Source: Antedon mediterranea (taxonomy: Eukaryota > Animalia > Echinodermata). Taken from it: 64,000 nucleotides of DNA. The position numbers and the translations under genes are program-made. The stretch is from positions 9,486,001 to 9,550,000 of the forward strand of contig NC_092674.1 of the NCBI RefSeq assembly GCF_964355755.1, in the 5' to 3' direction. The notes beneath the pieces were generated by a model. That model made no database searches. It was not told the origin of the DNA and was given only the letters and a program-made list of their open reading frames with translations. Below are positions 14,502 to 28,445 of the stretch, in pieces (the stretch's first letter is position 1; each line of letters begins with the position of its first letter).

Positions 14502-14601
14502 AACAAGGCCATATATATATGGCTGCAGTCGCGTGCTCAAGTTAGTGTTTACCGACCAACTGACCGACTATAAGCTGTAGAGGCGAGTTGCACGCGACTA
14601 A
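14502..14601 (-). mobile_element. Helentron-associated (HINE/DINE-1-like) element, compact copy
   Basis: Minus strand: TTAGTCGCGTGC...(GTCG-type microsatellite)...GCACGCGACT subterminal inverted repeat, then hairpin GCCATATATATATGGC and CTTGTT end. Confidence 0.7.
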
Positions 14602-15645
14602 TAATGAATGGAGTAGAACAATACTGTAGATGGAACTACTACAGGTAGATTTTTTAAAAGCAGGTCAGTCACAGTATTGCGAAGTAGAACATTGTAAAAA
14701 GTTTTTAAAAAGATGTTCATTACCAACATTAGTGTATTAGATATCAATTTTCTGTTCAGTAACTAATACGGAACCATCAAATCAAATTTCAAGGCGTGTT
14801 TATAATTAGTTTTGTCTTATAGAGCGCCTAATACAAATGTTTCTACACCCTTACATGCTCAAAAAGGAAGAAAACCAAAAGAAGATGACAAATTGGTATA
14901 ACGCATTTTTACCACTCTGCTCTCCCGCATTTTGAATCTCAAGTGAGAACTCTAACAGCTCATCAGAACAGAACGCACAGAAACTCAAGTGCAAAAGATG
15001 TCCTATCCTAATAGAATTTGTCACAATGACGTTGGAAGGAAATGTAGAGATCAAGAATCAGTTATAAGAGCAAAAAGGATGCACTAACTCCATAATTAAA
15101 TCATGAATATTGATGCTAGCTTGTTACATGTCAAAACAGTGTGAAATTAATTGATTATAGCCGCCCACAATACGTCCTAATTTACTCATAAACTTTTCAC
15201 CTTGTAGTTATTTTTAAATTACACGTTTAATAATTTTGTTATTAAGTGATAATAATATGCAGCTTGTATAAATCTAGATTTGAATATGTAATTTACCCTT
15301 GAACTATTTACTTGAATAAATAATACAAATATAAATTTTCCAAAAATAATAAACAACTCTTCTTTCAGTAGGGTGGCTTATGGAAACAATACCGTGTACA
15401 ACATTTACGAGAATATTAATCTTATTTAATGCATAGGCTTATACCAAGGATAGTATGAAAGGAGGTTTTGTTTAACTATGGAAAATGTTGTCTTCATGAA
15501 TTATATATAGCAAGGAAAGTCCATGGTTACTCATAAGGAGAACATTGATAGATGTTGTTACTCTTTAGTTATCCACCAATTGAGGTTGAAGCCAATGGCG
15601 TTAAAATGGTGTCACAAAAAACACCCAAGACTTTTCAAAATTAGA

Positions 15646-15860
15646 TTAACAGATTTATATACTAGGACAAAATCACTGGTTTGTGAAAGCTGAAAGCTAT
15701 GGTAACCCTGTTTTCACACAGTTTAGTCATAAACGTATTGTTAACAGATTTATATGACCAAAATCAGTGATTTTTTATTGAACGATAACCCAGTTTTCAC
15801 ACAGTTTAAACATAAACTTATTGTTAACAGATTGATATGACCAAAATCACTGGTTTGTGA
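15646..15860. repeat. Degenerate tandem repeat (~85-95 bp, ~2.4 copies)
   Basis: TTAACAGATT...AAAATCA..G recurs at 15646, 15741 and 15824; the first two units continue to GTTTTCACACAGTTTA..CATAAAC. Confidence 0.75.
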
Positions 15861-17688
15861 CCATGTACTGTAAGTTTAACCCTGTATAAACTATAGAAAT
15901 CCAAAGTGTCATTTTGATAATCCTATTTCAGGACTCAGTAGAATGTATTTAATGGTGTAGTATTGTTCTTATTTCGAGATTGGTACAGTACTTAAATTGT
16001 TAACTTTATAGGTTACACGTGGGAAGAACAGTTAAATTTAATAAGGTGATATTATAATATGCCTTTTTGATTCGTAATTGTGGAGATGGTTAACTACATG
16101 TCATAGCTTGTTTAAGTAGGTTGGTCTGTTGTGTGTACTATATTGGGATTTTGACTACTCACTCAAAATCTCTTATTTCATTAATTAATATATACTTATT
16201 TTTAATTATTTTTAAAAGAAATAAAATGTTAATGTTAGTATATTTATATAGTGCAAACAATGTCATCTCAATATATAGATGTTACACTTTTCAACAACAA
16301 GGTTCTACGGGACTATTTCGTCTGTCTGTCTGTCCCCCTATGCGTCTCAAAATTGATAAAGGTTGTTTATTCACACCCCTGTCTTTAAAAAAAGTCACCG
16401 CCCGACATACCTGTAGTGAGAGCCATGCTATTAAAAACACATAAAAGCTTTTATTTTCAGAACAATATATTTAACACCGTTAAGGCTTATGGAAAAATCA
16501 TCACGTAAAAAAGTAAAAATAACTTCTTCATAACATGCTAACGATAGCAGATTGATGTTGTTGACCGTAGGAAGAGTTAAGCCATTGGATGAAACATTGT
16601 TACTAACAATAGATGACATTATATTGATGATAGGCTGTCTCAGGCCTTTGCTGGATCACATACTAACGATTAAGTTGATGGATGTTATCTGCCATTTGCC
16701 CCTCTGAATGCTGCTGATTGATCAGAGTTTGTGACAACAAATCAGACAGAGCAAACTTCCTGTGTCAAGGAGCAAGTGTTTGGAATAATTGAAATGGCAG
16801 TGAGAATGGAGAAAATAGCTTACATTCGTTCATCTGATGAGCAAGTAATAATTTCTCCTCTTCTAAATGTCAGGGGTTTCCTTCAAGGTCTTTTAAAAAC
16901 AGAAGATGTATAGTAGCCATATTAAGTTTTACATAGGAGGTAGTTTGTTTCAAAGAGAGGATGCAACAAAAGAAAATGATCGCGTCTACCGTATGGAAAC
17001 AGGGAGCAGATACCGGTAGAAATGATTTATATTTGCGCAAATAAATAGTGGAAAACAGGCTTTACTGGGCTGTTATGATCCACTGAGCCTACCTATCTAT
17101 ATAGTTTGTCTATGTTAGGGATAGGTTTGGCTTGTGACACTGTGAAATTGCCTATGCTATTGTACAAATTAATAATAATGCCATATCATCGGGTGATCTA
17201 ATCTTTTTCAATGGTGCGTTAACAACTGTATCTTTAATGTCAATATCCTTTTCGGTACAAAACCATGGAAATATAATAATAGAACGATTTAAGGAAGACT
17301 ATTTCAGAAATACGGAGAGAAGAAGAAGAGGAACAGAGTTCTCTGAAGGAATAACAATACTTAGCGGTTTCGTTTTCTGGGATAAGTTGACATTACGTAA
17401 TAATACTCGGAACAGCATTTACTGTACTGATAACTTAAACTCGTATGCTACTGTATTGCACATTCGCCCATTGTAATCTGTACAACAATACTACCCGTAC
17501 AGAGAGTGACACCTGCATTTTGTATTCAAGTACGTATTAATTACAGATGGTTAAAACTGTTAATATATGGGAAGTTGATATGCTTTTTTGTTGTTGCATT
17601 AATATGTCACTGCACTCTTTGAATGACATATGACGTCATAGATTAGGCCTATTTTATGATGTAGGCCTAGTGTATTGCTGAATATTAT

Positions 17689-17709
17689 CATAGAGATAAT
17701 ATCTCTATG
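17689..17709. mobile_element. 21-bp CA...TG palindrome with perfect 7-bp TSD (P-like footprint)
   Basis: ATATTAT-CATAGAGATAATATCTCTATG-ATATTAT. Confidence 0.6.
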
Positions 17710-19425
17710 ATATTATATATGTAGTATCTTTGAAATGTGATGACGTTATAAAATGGTTAATGTCCGTAGAGGGTTTTGGTGAAGCGGATTCTCCATGCCA
17801 TAATTAGGAGTGATTATAGTTAGATGCTGCGTTGGTCATTTATATATACTACATTTTTGTTTATTACAATACTTATAAATAAATTGTACACGTTAATAAT
17901 AATGTAGGCTTATTTAATAATTTCTTTTATGTCTTAATAATTTATAGACCCTTTCCCTCGCACATTATTTCAAATCCTGGACCCGGCTTAAGTGGTGCCA
18001 TTACCTCTTAACTTTTTTTTGTCGGCTGTTGGTGTTAAGTGATCCCATTGTAATTATATTGGTGTGGTTTTTGTTACCAAAAACATGATTTAATATAAAT
18101 ATTATATGAAAGTAGGCTTTGTATGCTGTCTCTTGAAGAGGCTTCACCTCCGACACTGCCCGGAGGTGATTGACAATAATGTCCGGTCAATGACCGACCT
18201 ATTGTTTAACTTTATAAATGGTGGCCTCTTCAATTATTATGAAATATTAATGTACACATTCGGTCCATGGAAGAAAAAGCAGGAAAAATGTTTAATGATT
18301 TCCAATATGCTTTTATCTATAGAGATGAGCCTAATGTATAATTATACCTCTATATTTATTTATTACGAATATTATTTAAATTTGAATATTGATCATTAAA
18401 AATGATAGAGTATTCTCTGAAAATAACACGGAAGTTGAAAATTGTCGACTTAAACGATTACAGCATATTATCTATTTCGTATCCTAGTTGACAAGAAATC
18501 GATTGTACTTATAGTTGAATTAAGATAATAGTCATAAATTGTTTCAATATTTAGATTTTTATTAGGAATTTATATTCATTTCAAGGAAATTAACTAAATA
18601 TAAAATGTAACGTATCATTTATGTGAATCATCTGATAATGAATAACAAATACACGGCTCTTCTTGGAGATTCCAACTTTGACATTGTCTACGTAATTAAG
18701 TAAATTTAGAAACGCTTTTAATAGGCCATTCATTAACGTAGTTTTTACCATTTTAAGTGCTCATCTCACTAACCAAGGCCGACTGCATTCGAATAAAATA
18801 GAACAGTGGCAGTGCTGCATTACCAGTAATAGTAATAATGGACTATAAAAAAGGTTAAATATTGGTTACCTAAGCCAATTTTTTAAACCAGTACTGAACA
18901 GAATTAGTAATATTATACTAGAAAAGGTTAGATATGGGTTAACTAAACCATGTTATATGCAATATGGACTCCAATTTCCGATTATCCTTACGATGACATT
19001 GCAGCCACTAATCCACAAATCAGATGCAATAAATATGGTACCATGTGTAGCTAATTTACAGTGTCGCTACGAACGAAGAGCTATCTAATTTGGACAGGTA
19101 AACAGTAAAATATGTTTTGAGTTGCTCGTGATCGGAGCGTGCGTGTGAACCCAGCCTGCGTGTGAACACTTGCACAACATCTCTGGTGCGATCACTATAA
19201 TTAAGGATGAGGGAGGATGAGTGTCTCGGGATGTAGAAAATTGTATTAGAAATGATGGAAATTGCTCGAAGAACAATTAATAAAAGCACACGTACGTAAG
19301 GTGAAAACACAAAAGAAATACTGTCAACTAACAATAGTACTGTACTACCATATTGATAGTAGTACAATATAGTTCCTTGATATTGGTTCAAGTTCAAATC
19401 ACGATACGCAAGACTGACAGTGATT

Positions 19426-19728
19426 TCAGTTCGTGTGAGGTCATGCGTGGATGGTATTTCCAAAGACAAGATACAATACTTGTCCATTCACTCTTTAAAC
19501 ATCGGCCGATTATATTGTATTTATATCTGCCTGGAATACTTGAACCACGCGGTACACACACGAGTCATAGCGTCAAAACTTCCGGTCATTATATTACACT
19601 TTACGTGTAACACACCAGATTGTCATATCACTAGCTTACTAAAGGACTGTGAAGTACTTGTGCCAACTTGACATGGTTTTTACCACGCGACCGTAATATT
19701 TTACAATTATCGAGAACGTGCTAATACG
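19426..19728 (+). promoter_or_regulatory. Candidate first (5' UTR) exon / promoter region for ANKRD50
   Basis: CpG-rich stretch 19.05-19.73 kb, Inr-like TCAGTT at 19426, donor ACG|GTATGT at 19729. Confidence 0.3.
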
Positions 19729-20434
19729 GTATGTATGTGTATATTTATTTATTTTCAAGCTAGATTTGGCGCCACATGTGCGTTCTATTGTAAAGTTGTC
19801 TTTTCTCGGTAATTGGAAGGATACATGTTAAGTAACTTTATTGTTTTACGCTAATTGTCTGTGTAATTGGAACTGTAAACTCTGTAATTTAAATTTGTTC
19901 GGATTTGGAGGTAGGTCACTGTCTGTAATTCATAGTTTAGCCTTTTTTCATTGTGACAATGTTTTAGGTGTCACGTTGTTCTAGGCCTACATTAGCGGTT
20001 CACTAATCGTCATTTCTCAGCAAAGGCGTTTCATATGAGTTGAGGAGGAGATCTCTGTCTCTGATTTGTGTATGAATTAAGTATGTAAAGACTATCGACA
20101 GACGCGGACAACTTCAATATAAGAGACTTAACCTTACCACTGGATATACATTTACGTTGTTGCTTTGTTTTGAACAGTGTATTGGTTACAAGTTTATTCT
20201 TCCTTGTAAGCCTATTTATAAATTGTTTGATACATTTTTGTGATTATTATTTTGAGTTGATCATCACTAATGATGTCAAAACAGTCATTTTCTATAGCAA
20301 CAGCACATCGGGATGGTACTGTTACACGAATGTTACATATCGGAAATCCGTTGGTATGTTAATTGGCATGGTATTAAATTCATGTGTCCAAATTCCCCCT
20401 AACACTTATCCACTCCTGAAACCGTCAACAGTAA

Positions 20435-20587
20435 AGCGTGGTTCCCACTAGAAACGCAATGCAAGGTTGTTCGCGCAACGCAAGTGAGTTGATCAATGGC
20501 AAGCAACTGTTCTGATAATCCATTGCTTGTGATTGGTCAAATCACTTGCGTTGCGTTACGGCGTTGCGTCTCTAGTGAGAACATAGT
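20435..20587. mobile_element. MITE family B (Harbinger-like), copy 1
   Basis: AGCGTGGTTCCCACTAG...CTAGTGAGAAC; internal ACGCAA/TTGCGT inverted modules; TAA/TTA flanks. Confidence 0.8.
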
Positions 20588-21388
20588 TTAACATTGACGG
20601 ATTAACGAATTTGAAGTAGGGCTCATTTCGTTTATTTCGTCTTTTATAAATAATAAAAAATCACAAGGAAAGTCAGCATGTGTGGTTAGATTGTATAAAC
20701 ATCAGCTTGTAGACATGACGCCCCCGAGTTAGAACCCCATTAAAATATTGAAAGATTATTTAGAGGGTTGGTTTAGTTATATTTAAGAAATAGGTTGGCT
20801 ATCTTTAACGTAGACTTTAGCATTGTAAAAATTTGTTTTGTTTACATTTAGTTTTATGTGTATTTTCCAATTTACGGCCACTTTTGCAAGCAAATGGTCA
20901 TATCGATATCAGGTGTATTTTCCTATTGATCATTGAACGTGACAAATGTCAAAATTCAAGATTGACCGTTCGTGGCTTTTTTTTATGACAGTTTAATTGC
21001 GGTTAAACCCTTTTTAAAGAATAACTTGATAAAGTAATACAACTAAACTCGGGAAGCAACACAATTGACAGAACTGCATATCCGGGGGGTAATCTTTTGT
21101 GAATTATGCATCTACAGAAAATCCCCCAAAAGAATGTTGGCGCTATTCATAAGCAGGATTAGGGTGATATTATAAAATGAAACAGACAATGATATGTACG
21201 TTTCAATTGCATCGCTTTCTATTATAACTATTGTAACTGTTCTTCAAATAAAAATTATTATTACGTATTGTTAAAAACAATCACTGCTGTCATGCCGTGG
21301 TTTTTAATGTTCTTTATCCAAGACACCATTTAGAATATTTAGAATACAATAGAACCCAGGCTTGGTAGAACCCCTCCTTTGGAACACC

Positions 21389-21555
21389 CTTGGTTCCCAC
21401 TAGAACGTAACGCAAGGACGTAAACGCAACGCAAGCGTTTTAACCAATGACAAGCGAAGTTATAGACAGTTAGAAATCACAAGCGAATAAGCCATCGCTT
21501 GTGATTGGTCAATTCACTTGCGTTGCGTTACGTCCTTGCGTTGCGTCGCTAGTGG
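21389..21555. mobile_element. MITE family B, copy 2 (sits in a Tc1-like GGGGACACC repeat element)
   Basis: TGGTTCCCACTAG...CTAGTGG with ACGCAACGCAAG / CTTGCGTTGCGT arms; lies between GTAGAACCCCTCCTTTGGAACACC and the 96-bp array. Confidence 0.8.
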
Positions 21556-21867
21556 ACACCCCTATTAAGGGGACACTTTCCCGTTAAATGAACGAGCAGA
21601 AATACACAGTATGTTTTAACACACGGTCAACCCCTCTCTGTGAAACGGGGGACACCCCTATTAAGGGGACACTTTCCCGGTAAATGAACGAGAAGAAATA
21701 CACAGTATGTTTTAACACACGGTCAACCCCTCTCTGTGAAACGGGGGACACCCCTATTAAGGGGACACTTTCCCGGTAAATGAACGAGAAGAAATACACA
21801 GTATGTTTTAACACACGGTCAACCCCTCTCTGTGAAACGGGGGACACCTCTATTAAGGGGACACTTT
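21554..21867. repeat. Tandem repeat, 96 bp x ~3.3, probably internal to a non-autonomous transposon
   Basis: GACACC recurs at 21555, 21651, 21747, 21843; degenerate units continue to ~22020; a related terminus occurs inverted at ~40432-40461. Confidence 0.92.
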
Positions 21868-22642
21868 ATTGTGAAATTAACAAAGAGACATATATGGTGT
21901 CAAACTACGGCCATCCCCTCTTCAAGAAACACTCACATTAGGGGTAACTTTATGGTGTAATTAACGAAGGGAAGTATACGGTGTAAAACTAAGGCCAAAC
22001 CCTGTTTATGGGTCACCCTACAAAGCTGTCTGTATAAATTAAAATGCGTGAAATTCAAATTTAGTGTATGTGTGTAATTTTGGTTACGTAGGCCTATTGT
22101 TATTATGTTTAACTTTAATATACAGTTTGTTGTTTAATTTTAAGATCATAAAGAACCAACAGTAATATAGCATTTTATAAATATGTCTTCAAGACTAGAA
22201 ACTAGTGTCTCCTAACTGATTACATACTTCTGAATAAATATCCGGTACTTATATACACAGAACAATATTGATTTAATTTAGATAATATTACTTTCATGAA
22301 TTGGAATACATTTTTTAAATATTTTCATTTCATTGACAAATAGAAACAATTTAAGAGGGTTTAAGTTTGCTTTATGGTATTGTCTAGTCATGGATGAGTT
22401 TTTTTTTGTGGTGCAATAGTGCACCCATGAAGACCCCTAAAAAACCAACGGCGTTTACGTTGGCGTTGTGTCAGTAAACATAATGGAATATTGTAAGCGT
22501 GTTCTCACAGCACTTAGCCAACTCGGAACCGACCACATCCGGTGTTCCGTAAATTGTTTAAACTTATCTTTTGTGTAACTTGTATTCTTTGCATAAAGCT
22601 TTATTTGATAACTTTCTTATCAAACACTGACGAGTATAGTAG

Positions 22643-22970
22643 TCAGTTTACGTAGACTCGCTAAACGGCTTAATTGTGAAAGATCTGTAGGTATATTACT
22701 CCTCTCGACACGATTTCTATCTGTAGGCCTAGGACGGAGATTTTGGCACACGACATTGTCTGGGGATTGTTGATATAAATAGACAGCCCACGGAGCGCGA
22801 GTTTCGGACGAGTTCACAATTTTACGGAGGTGTTTAGTTAGGAAGTTATGATTTTGACATCATTGTGTTTCTTGACAAAAGGCCAACACGGGATTTCAAA
22901 ATTCATTTGTGTTATATACAGTATTTTGCTACTGGAAATAACGTTTTTATCAACGAACAGTGAACAGAAG
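22643..22970 (+). promoter_or_regulatory. Second candidate first (5' UTR) exon for ANKRD50
   Basis: CpG-rich, Inr-like TCAGTT at 22643, donor AAG|GTACGT at 22971. Confidence 0.3.
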
Positions 22971-23442
22971 GTACGTACAGATACAGTGGTACTTTACCTT
23001 ATAACTTAACATTTTAAATCTAAGAAACATGTCGTACATGATTCGAATCTAACATTTAAATAATTGATATTGTGTATATAAGTTAATTAGTGTGACTGAT
23101 TTTAGTAATACAAATTTACTTGAAAACCAGTTAGTACTACACTTTGTAAGAAAATTTTAGTTTTTGTTCATGCTGTATGCATATTGTAATTTGTGTGTAG
23201 GCCTACCTATTAGTATTTCTGTTCAGAACACATAAAACGTTGTAGTTTTATGGCCTAAGGGATGTGGTTGTTTTAACGTGCTTTTAAGTGAAAAATAACG
23301 GGTTTTCTCAGAACTACAAACCATTGTATTATATTCAAAAGACAATTAATTGGCTAAAATTGTTGAATGAGGGCGGTCTAATTCTTTTAGTTAAGTTAAA
23401 CACAACTTGAAATACTGGGTGATACAAGATATGGCATCTTAC

Positions 23443-23588
23443 AGCTTGGTTCCAACTGGGACACCACGCAAAAAGGGCGTAAGCGCACGCACCCAAGTAA
23501 TTTGACGAATCACAACGGGATGGATCATCCGAACAGTAGCTTTCGTTGCGTCTACCTCGGCGCGCTGCGTCCTAGTGGGAACCAAGCT
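23443..23588. mobile_element. MITE family B, copy 3
   Basis: AGCTTGGTTCCAACTGGG ... CCTAGTGGGAACCAAGCT. Confidence 0.8.
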
Positions 23589-24387
23589 TTATTGGCACAT
23601 CTGTGCAGATGAGAGTGTAATTAAGCTTTATTTACATATAGGCCTATCGTTTTCTGTCAATTGTTTATAAAGTTAATAAACGCATGGTTAATTGAAATTT
23701 GAAATCTTGTCTAAACGGTAAGGTGATCATTCAAGCATAAGAAGATGAAAATATCAACAAGCGTTTTTACTCGGGCCTTGAGATAGTTCATGATTGTTTG
23801 TACATGTTTAGCAGCTTTGTTGAATCGTTTATGCTTATAAACACAACTGTTCTCATTAATGTATTGATATTCATATACGTATTTTTGTCAATAGCTTAGC
23901 GAGTTTTAATATTTGTTATTAAGCTAATGTATTCCAAACGTGTGTCGACTAAATTCAGTCGGACTCAGCTTCGATTTAACCATTTAACTACAGTAGATTG
24001 AAATCCACTCCGATAGTCTAATCTACACTGTAAGAATATATTGTTATATTTTTAATTATTACATTCTCAACTTAATACAGTGATTTGCTTTTGTTTAGTA
24101 GTTGTTCAACAAAGCGTGTGCTGGAATCCCAAAACTTTTGAGCGTGTATTTCAAAGCACTGGCCAAAATATGTTCATGGATGGAGGTCCATGATCTAACC
24201 ACAAAATATGAATAATATATTAGACCAAGGGAAATATTTGGAATTCGGACATGCGCAAACGTTGGCAGTCATCTCCATAGAATACTCGTGGTGGTATTAA
24301 TTCGTAACATAGTCAGTTACGCTAATAAATATATGCTTTAATTGCTAAGAAAATTCATTCATACAATGGCAGATTTTGGTGTTTTTA

Positions 24388-24412
24388 ATTATTATTATTA
24401 TTATTATTATTA
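24388..24412. repeat. (ATT)8 microsatellite
   Basis: Direct reading. Confidence 0.9.
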
Positions 24413-25619
24413 AGAATTTTATAAATTGTGCACTATAAATTGTAGATGAATGTTTTCTACGAAGTTCAAATTCCCTTATATTTCATAAACTTGACAATCT
24501 ATGCCCCATTTTATCCAACCCTTTGCATCTCCTTCTCAATGACGACACTTAACCTTTTCTTGCCATGCATTTGTTATGTAAATTAACCTTAAATGCATTG
24601 CTCTAGACATTTATGGATAATATATATTGAGCGAAATCTAATTATCACCTGATGCTCACGTAAGATAGGGAGAACTTATCTTGTTGAGAGCTGAGAAAGA
24701 GAAACTCCAGTTTTGCACAAGGACTAAACACTATTACGTCATTTTGGTTTCGCCCATCGATATACTGCGCGCGCATTGCTGATGCAAACGCAAATGGGTT
24801 GTCGGAAGATATTTATGCGAGATTATTACATCATAATCTGCGGCTTTTTAAACTGACGGCGTATTTGGTAAGATGAGCAAATGGAGTAGTTATCCCCCGT
24901 GGTGTTTGTATTGCCGTGTCACTGCATTGACATCCTATAATCCGTTTCATGACCTGTATTCATTGCGTTTTGTATTGACATTTTAGACGTAGCATACCGT
25001 GTCTGGTCACTGCTCACTGTGCGATGCAGCATCAACCAAAGGAGTGTCGTTTGGGATCTAAAAATCCCAGCAACACACGTTTCCGCCACACTTTGGATTA
25101 GCCCTTTTATGTTGTAACCAGCACCATTTTTATGTGACTTGAACCACTGCGTCTAGACAGGATCGTTTGTTTTGGATATAACCCAAAGTTTCCGGTAAAT
25201 ATTGTGATGTAGGTTTAGGTTATTAATATTGATAGTCTTGGATCTAAATAAATAGTTGACATAGTTGAGTGTAGAATACTTTGTACTATATATATTTTGT
25301 ATAGGCCTAATTGTACAAATCTTCTTTGTATACACTCACTCTAAAAATATACCAAGCTGTCGAAACACATGTGCTTCATTGAATCATTCCATATGTCGTG
25401 GCGTGTTATGATTAATATATAATAGTAATACTAATATCTTCAAATATTTGTTTATTTGTCATAGTGATGAGCTGAAAAATATTATTCATTAATATTAGTC
25501 ATGACACTTTTTTGAAATAGGTTGTAAAGGTAAAAATGGATATATAACTACTATATAGAAGAATGACAAAAATACATATTGAAACGTCAAATTCTCAATA
25601 TGTCTCTCTTTATGTAGAG

Positions 25620-25936
25620 TATATAAGTAATTGAACATCGTTGCTCTATATTATATAAGTTATAGACCTATATAAGTAATAGGACTTCGTTGTTCTATAT
25701 TATATAAGTTATAGACCTATATAAGTAATAGGACTTCGTTGTTCTATATTATATAAGTTATAGACCTATATAAGTAATAGGACTTCGTTGTTCTATATTA
25801 TATAAGTTATAGACCTATATAAGTAATAGGACTTCGTTGTTCTATATTATATAAGTTATAGACCTATATAAGTAATAGGACTTCGTTGTTCTATATTATA
25901 TAAGTTATAGACCTATATTATATAAGTTATAAACCT
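25620..25936. repeat. Tandem repeat, 49 bp x 6 plus partial
   Basis: Unit TATATAAGTAATAGGACTTCGTTGTTCTATATTATATAAGTTATAGACC; AGGAC at 25681, 25730, 25779, 25828, 25877. Confidence 0.95.
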
Positions 25937-27579
25937 AACAGTAGATAACACTAGATGTGCTATGATATATTAAATACCCCGGTGTCAGAACAGTCACGTA
26001 GATTGTACGGTATAGTATAATCTTACACGGTCACTGTCTTATGTGAAGAACATTTGAGTAAAAAGACATTTGTCAGACTGTGTCGGTAACATTAAGTGCT
26101 CATTATAGTTATTGAACATTATGCACTGATGCTAAATATATCATTGGTTCTGAATAAATTGCTCACCAATGAGACATTTAGTGTTGAGTAATGTCTGATG
26201 TCTAGGGTTAGCATTGTGAATAATATTTCCGACGGTCGTTTAGTACAGCAATATAAGTGGTTATGTTGTACGGTATAATGTATGTATTCAATTTGAGTAA
26301 AAAAATTATGGTGTGTACTTAACCTTCCCAAGCAGTATTTTGAGTATTTGCAATTAAGTTAGCCCCAGGCTCGTAAGAGACGAGCACACACCATCGTTAA
26401 TTGATACTCATTCATTATGTTCTATTCCTTGTTCAATAATTAATTGTTAGTTAAATCGTTTGCTTGTCGTAAATTCAATCGAATGTACATTTACAACTTA
26501 TAATAATTGATAGGCACACCGGATGTCAATAACCTTTATATTTATAATGTTATCTTTTGTAAGGTATAACGAATTATGCTCCAGACTGTCCCATTGTCGT
26601 ACATTTTGATGAATGAGATATCGACTACTTTGTTAATGTTGCTCAGAAGAGGAAAAAGAAACTCGCACAAAGCAGTAATTTACTCCGAATCGCGTACAAA
26701 TTGTTAGTAATCTGACATTCATATTTAACAACCGTGTTATTTTGAACAGAAAATACCATTTGTCTAATGTATATGTACTTTAGGACGTATTCGTTCAATA
26801 ATAGCTGATAATTCACTACTGCACTGCTAAACATGCCATTCATAAAATCTCTAAATCCATCCACGTTTTAAGATTAATATCTCATTACTCGTAGACATCA
26901 TATCGTGGATAAATACTACATCGCAAAGCCTTCCTTTGCATTCATCATCTAAGGATTACATTGGTATTAGAAGTGGTATAGAACTAGGTTTGAGCGTGGA
27001 CAGATTAGATGTGGTCTGCTGCTACGAACTCAACAAGCAAACTTCCGGACACTCGATTTCTAAACACTAGTGTAAATAATAATGGGGAACAGATGATACA
27101 GTAAATCTTAACGTTTGTATTATTTAGATTTGTCACAATTATCGATCGCGAACAGATAATCGTATTGTTATTATTTGAAGCATTGATTACATAGATGAGA
27201 TCGGATTGATTGCGTCAAATTTCACGTCCCTTTTCCATATTTTAAATTGTAAAACGGTGTTTAGAATTCCAATATAAGGTTTATTTAAAACTTAGGCCAC
27301 AAACCGATGTCATACATTCATGGTCTAAGTACTTTACTCAATCATTACCTGCAGGTTCATTGATGCATCGATGCAATTGTCATCAGCAATCAAACCCATC
27401 ATGCATTCCTTTCCACTTGATCATTTACCTTCTAAATGATATCGATATAATAATTCGAATCGCACGTGGTACAGATCAAGAGATATAGATCGTTGTTCAA
27501 GTTGAGGGCACGCTGGATAAGTCTAGGTGGTGTGCTTGAACAATTCGACGAAGTTATTTCAATTAAATTGGTTTTCTGA

Positions 27580-27745
27580 AGCTTGGTTCCTACTTGGACG
27601 CAACGCAATGACGTAAGCGCACCACAAGTAGTATAGTTTGACCAATCACGACGAAGGATAATCGGAACTGTCATATTTGATTGGTCAACCAACTCACTTG
27701 CGTTGTGCCTACTTCGTTGCATTGCGTCCAAGTGGGAAACAAGCT
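27580..27745. mobile_element. MITE family B, copy 4
   Basis: AGCTTGGTTCCTACTTGGACGCAA ... TTGCGTCCAAGTGGGAAACAAGCT; TGA/TAA flanks. Confidence 0.8.
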
Positions 27746-28445
27746 TAAAGAGCGAGACCAAAGTCCATTTGAAATTGATAACGTAACGATATCATTTTCA
27801 AAGTTATCGCACTATGTTTATTATCGCACTTTGCACGTTCTTTATTAGTGTTGGTATTTTGTAACATTTCTCCATCCATGTCTGTAGGCCTTTTATTGAT
27901 AAGAGGTAATTTCTTAAAGACTACTACATTCCCGCTGGGTTCAATAAACAAAACAAGATATACAGTAGAGTGGTCATCGATTCGGAGACATTATTCGCTC
28001 GTTTTTGGCTTGAGCCCTAAATCGATAATTTGAATGAAAATTAACACGAACATCTTTTCAATTAGTGAGAAGGGTTGGGTTTAAGTAGTCTTAAATTGTC
28101 AAACGTTTCCTGTCATGTCCGTTATGTATACCTGCTTACTTTGTGCTCCGAATCCGTTTAATTATACATCACTGTGGGAAATACGCATTGACACTACAAT
28201 AATAGCAACGGCTTTGACACAATTGTATTATCCTTCGCATCTGAGGTGTTACGGCTTTCACTTATTCGACACAGTGTGGTAAATCCTAGCCGTCTCCTCG
28301 CTGAATGGGTCAGCAACCGTGCCTCGGTTACCGATTCACACTACAATGCGTCTATTGTGTTGACACCGTGAATGCTCGTTGCACTATTGCAATTTGCATC
28401 TGAAAATAGCGAGTTTGCTCAATAAAACGAGCTGAATAATAACAC

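Noticed and set aside
17945-18420. Possible TAGACCCTTT-type transposon end
   Set aside because: No matching inverted terminus found.
19056-19671. Cluster of 60-143 aa ORFs on both strands
   Set aside because: No recognisable domain; locally higher GC explains open frames; more likely promoter/UTR.
21584-21847. ORF with 32-aa repeats
   Set aside because: Product of a 96-bp tandem repeat whose length is divisible by three.
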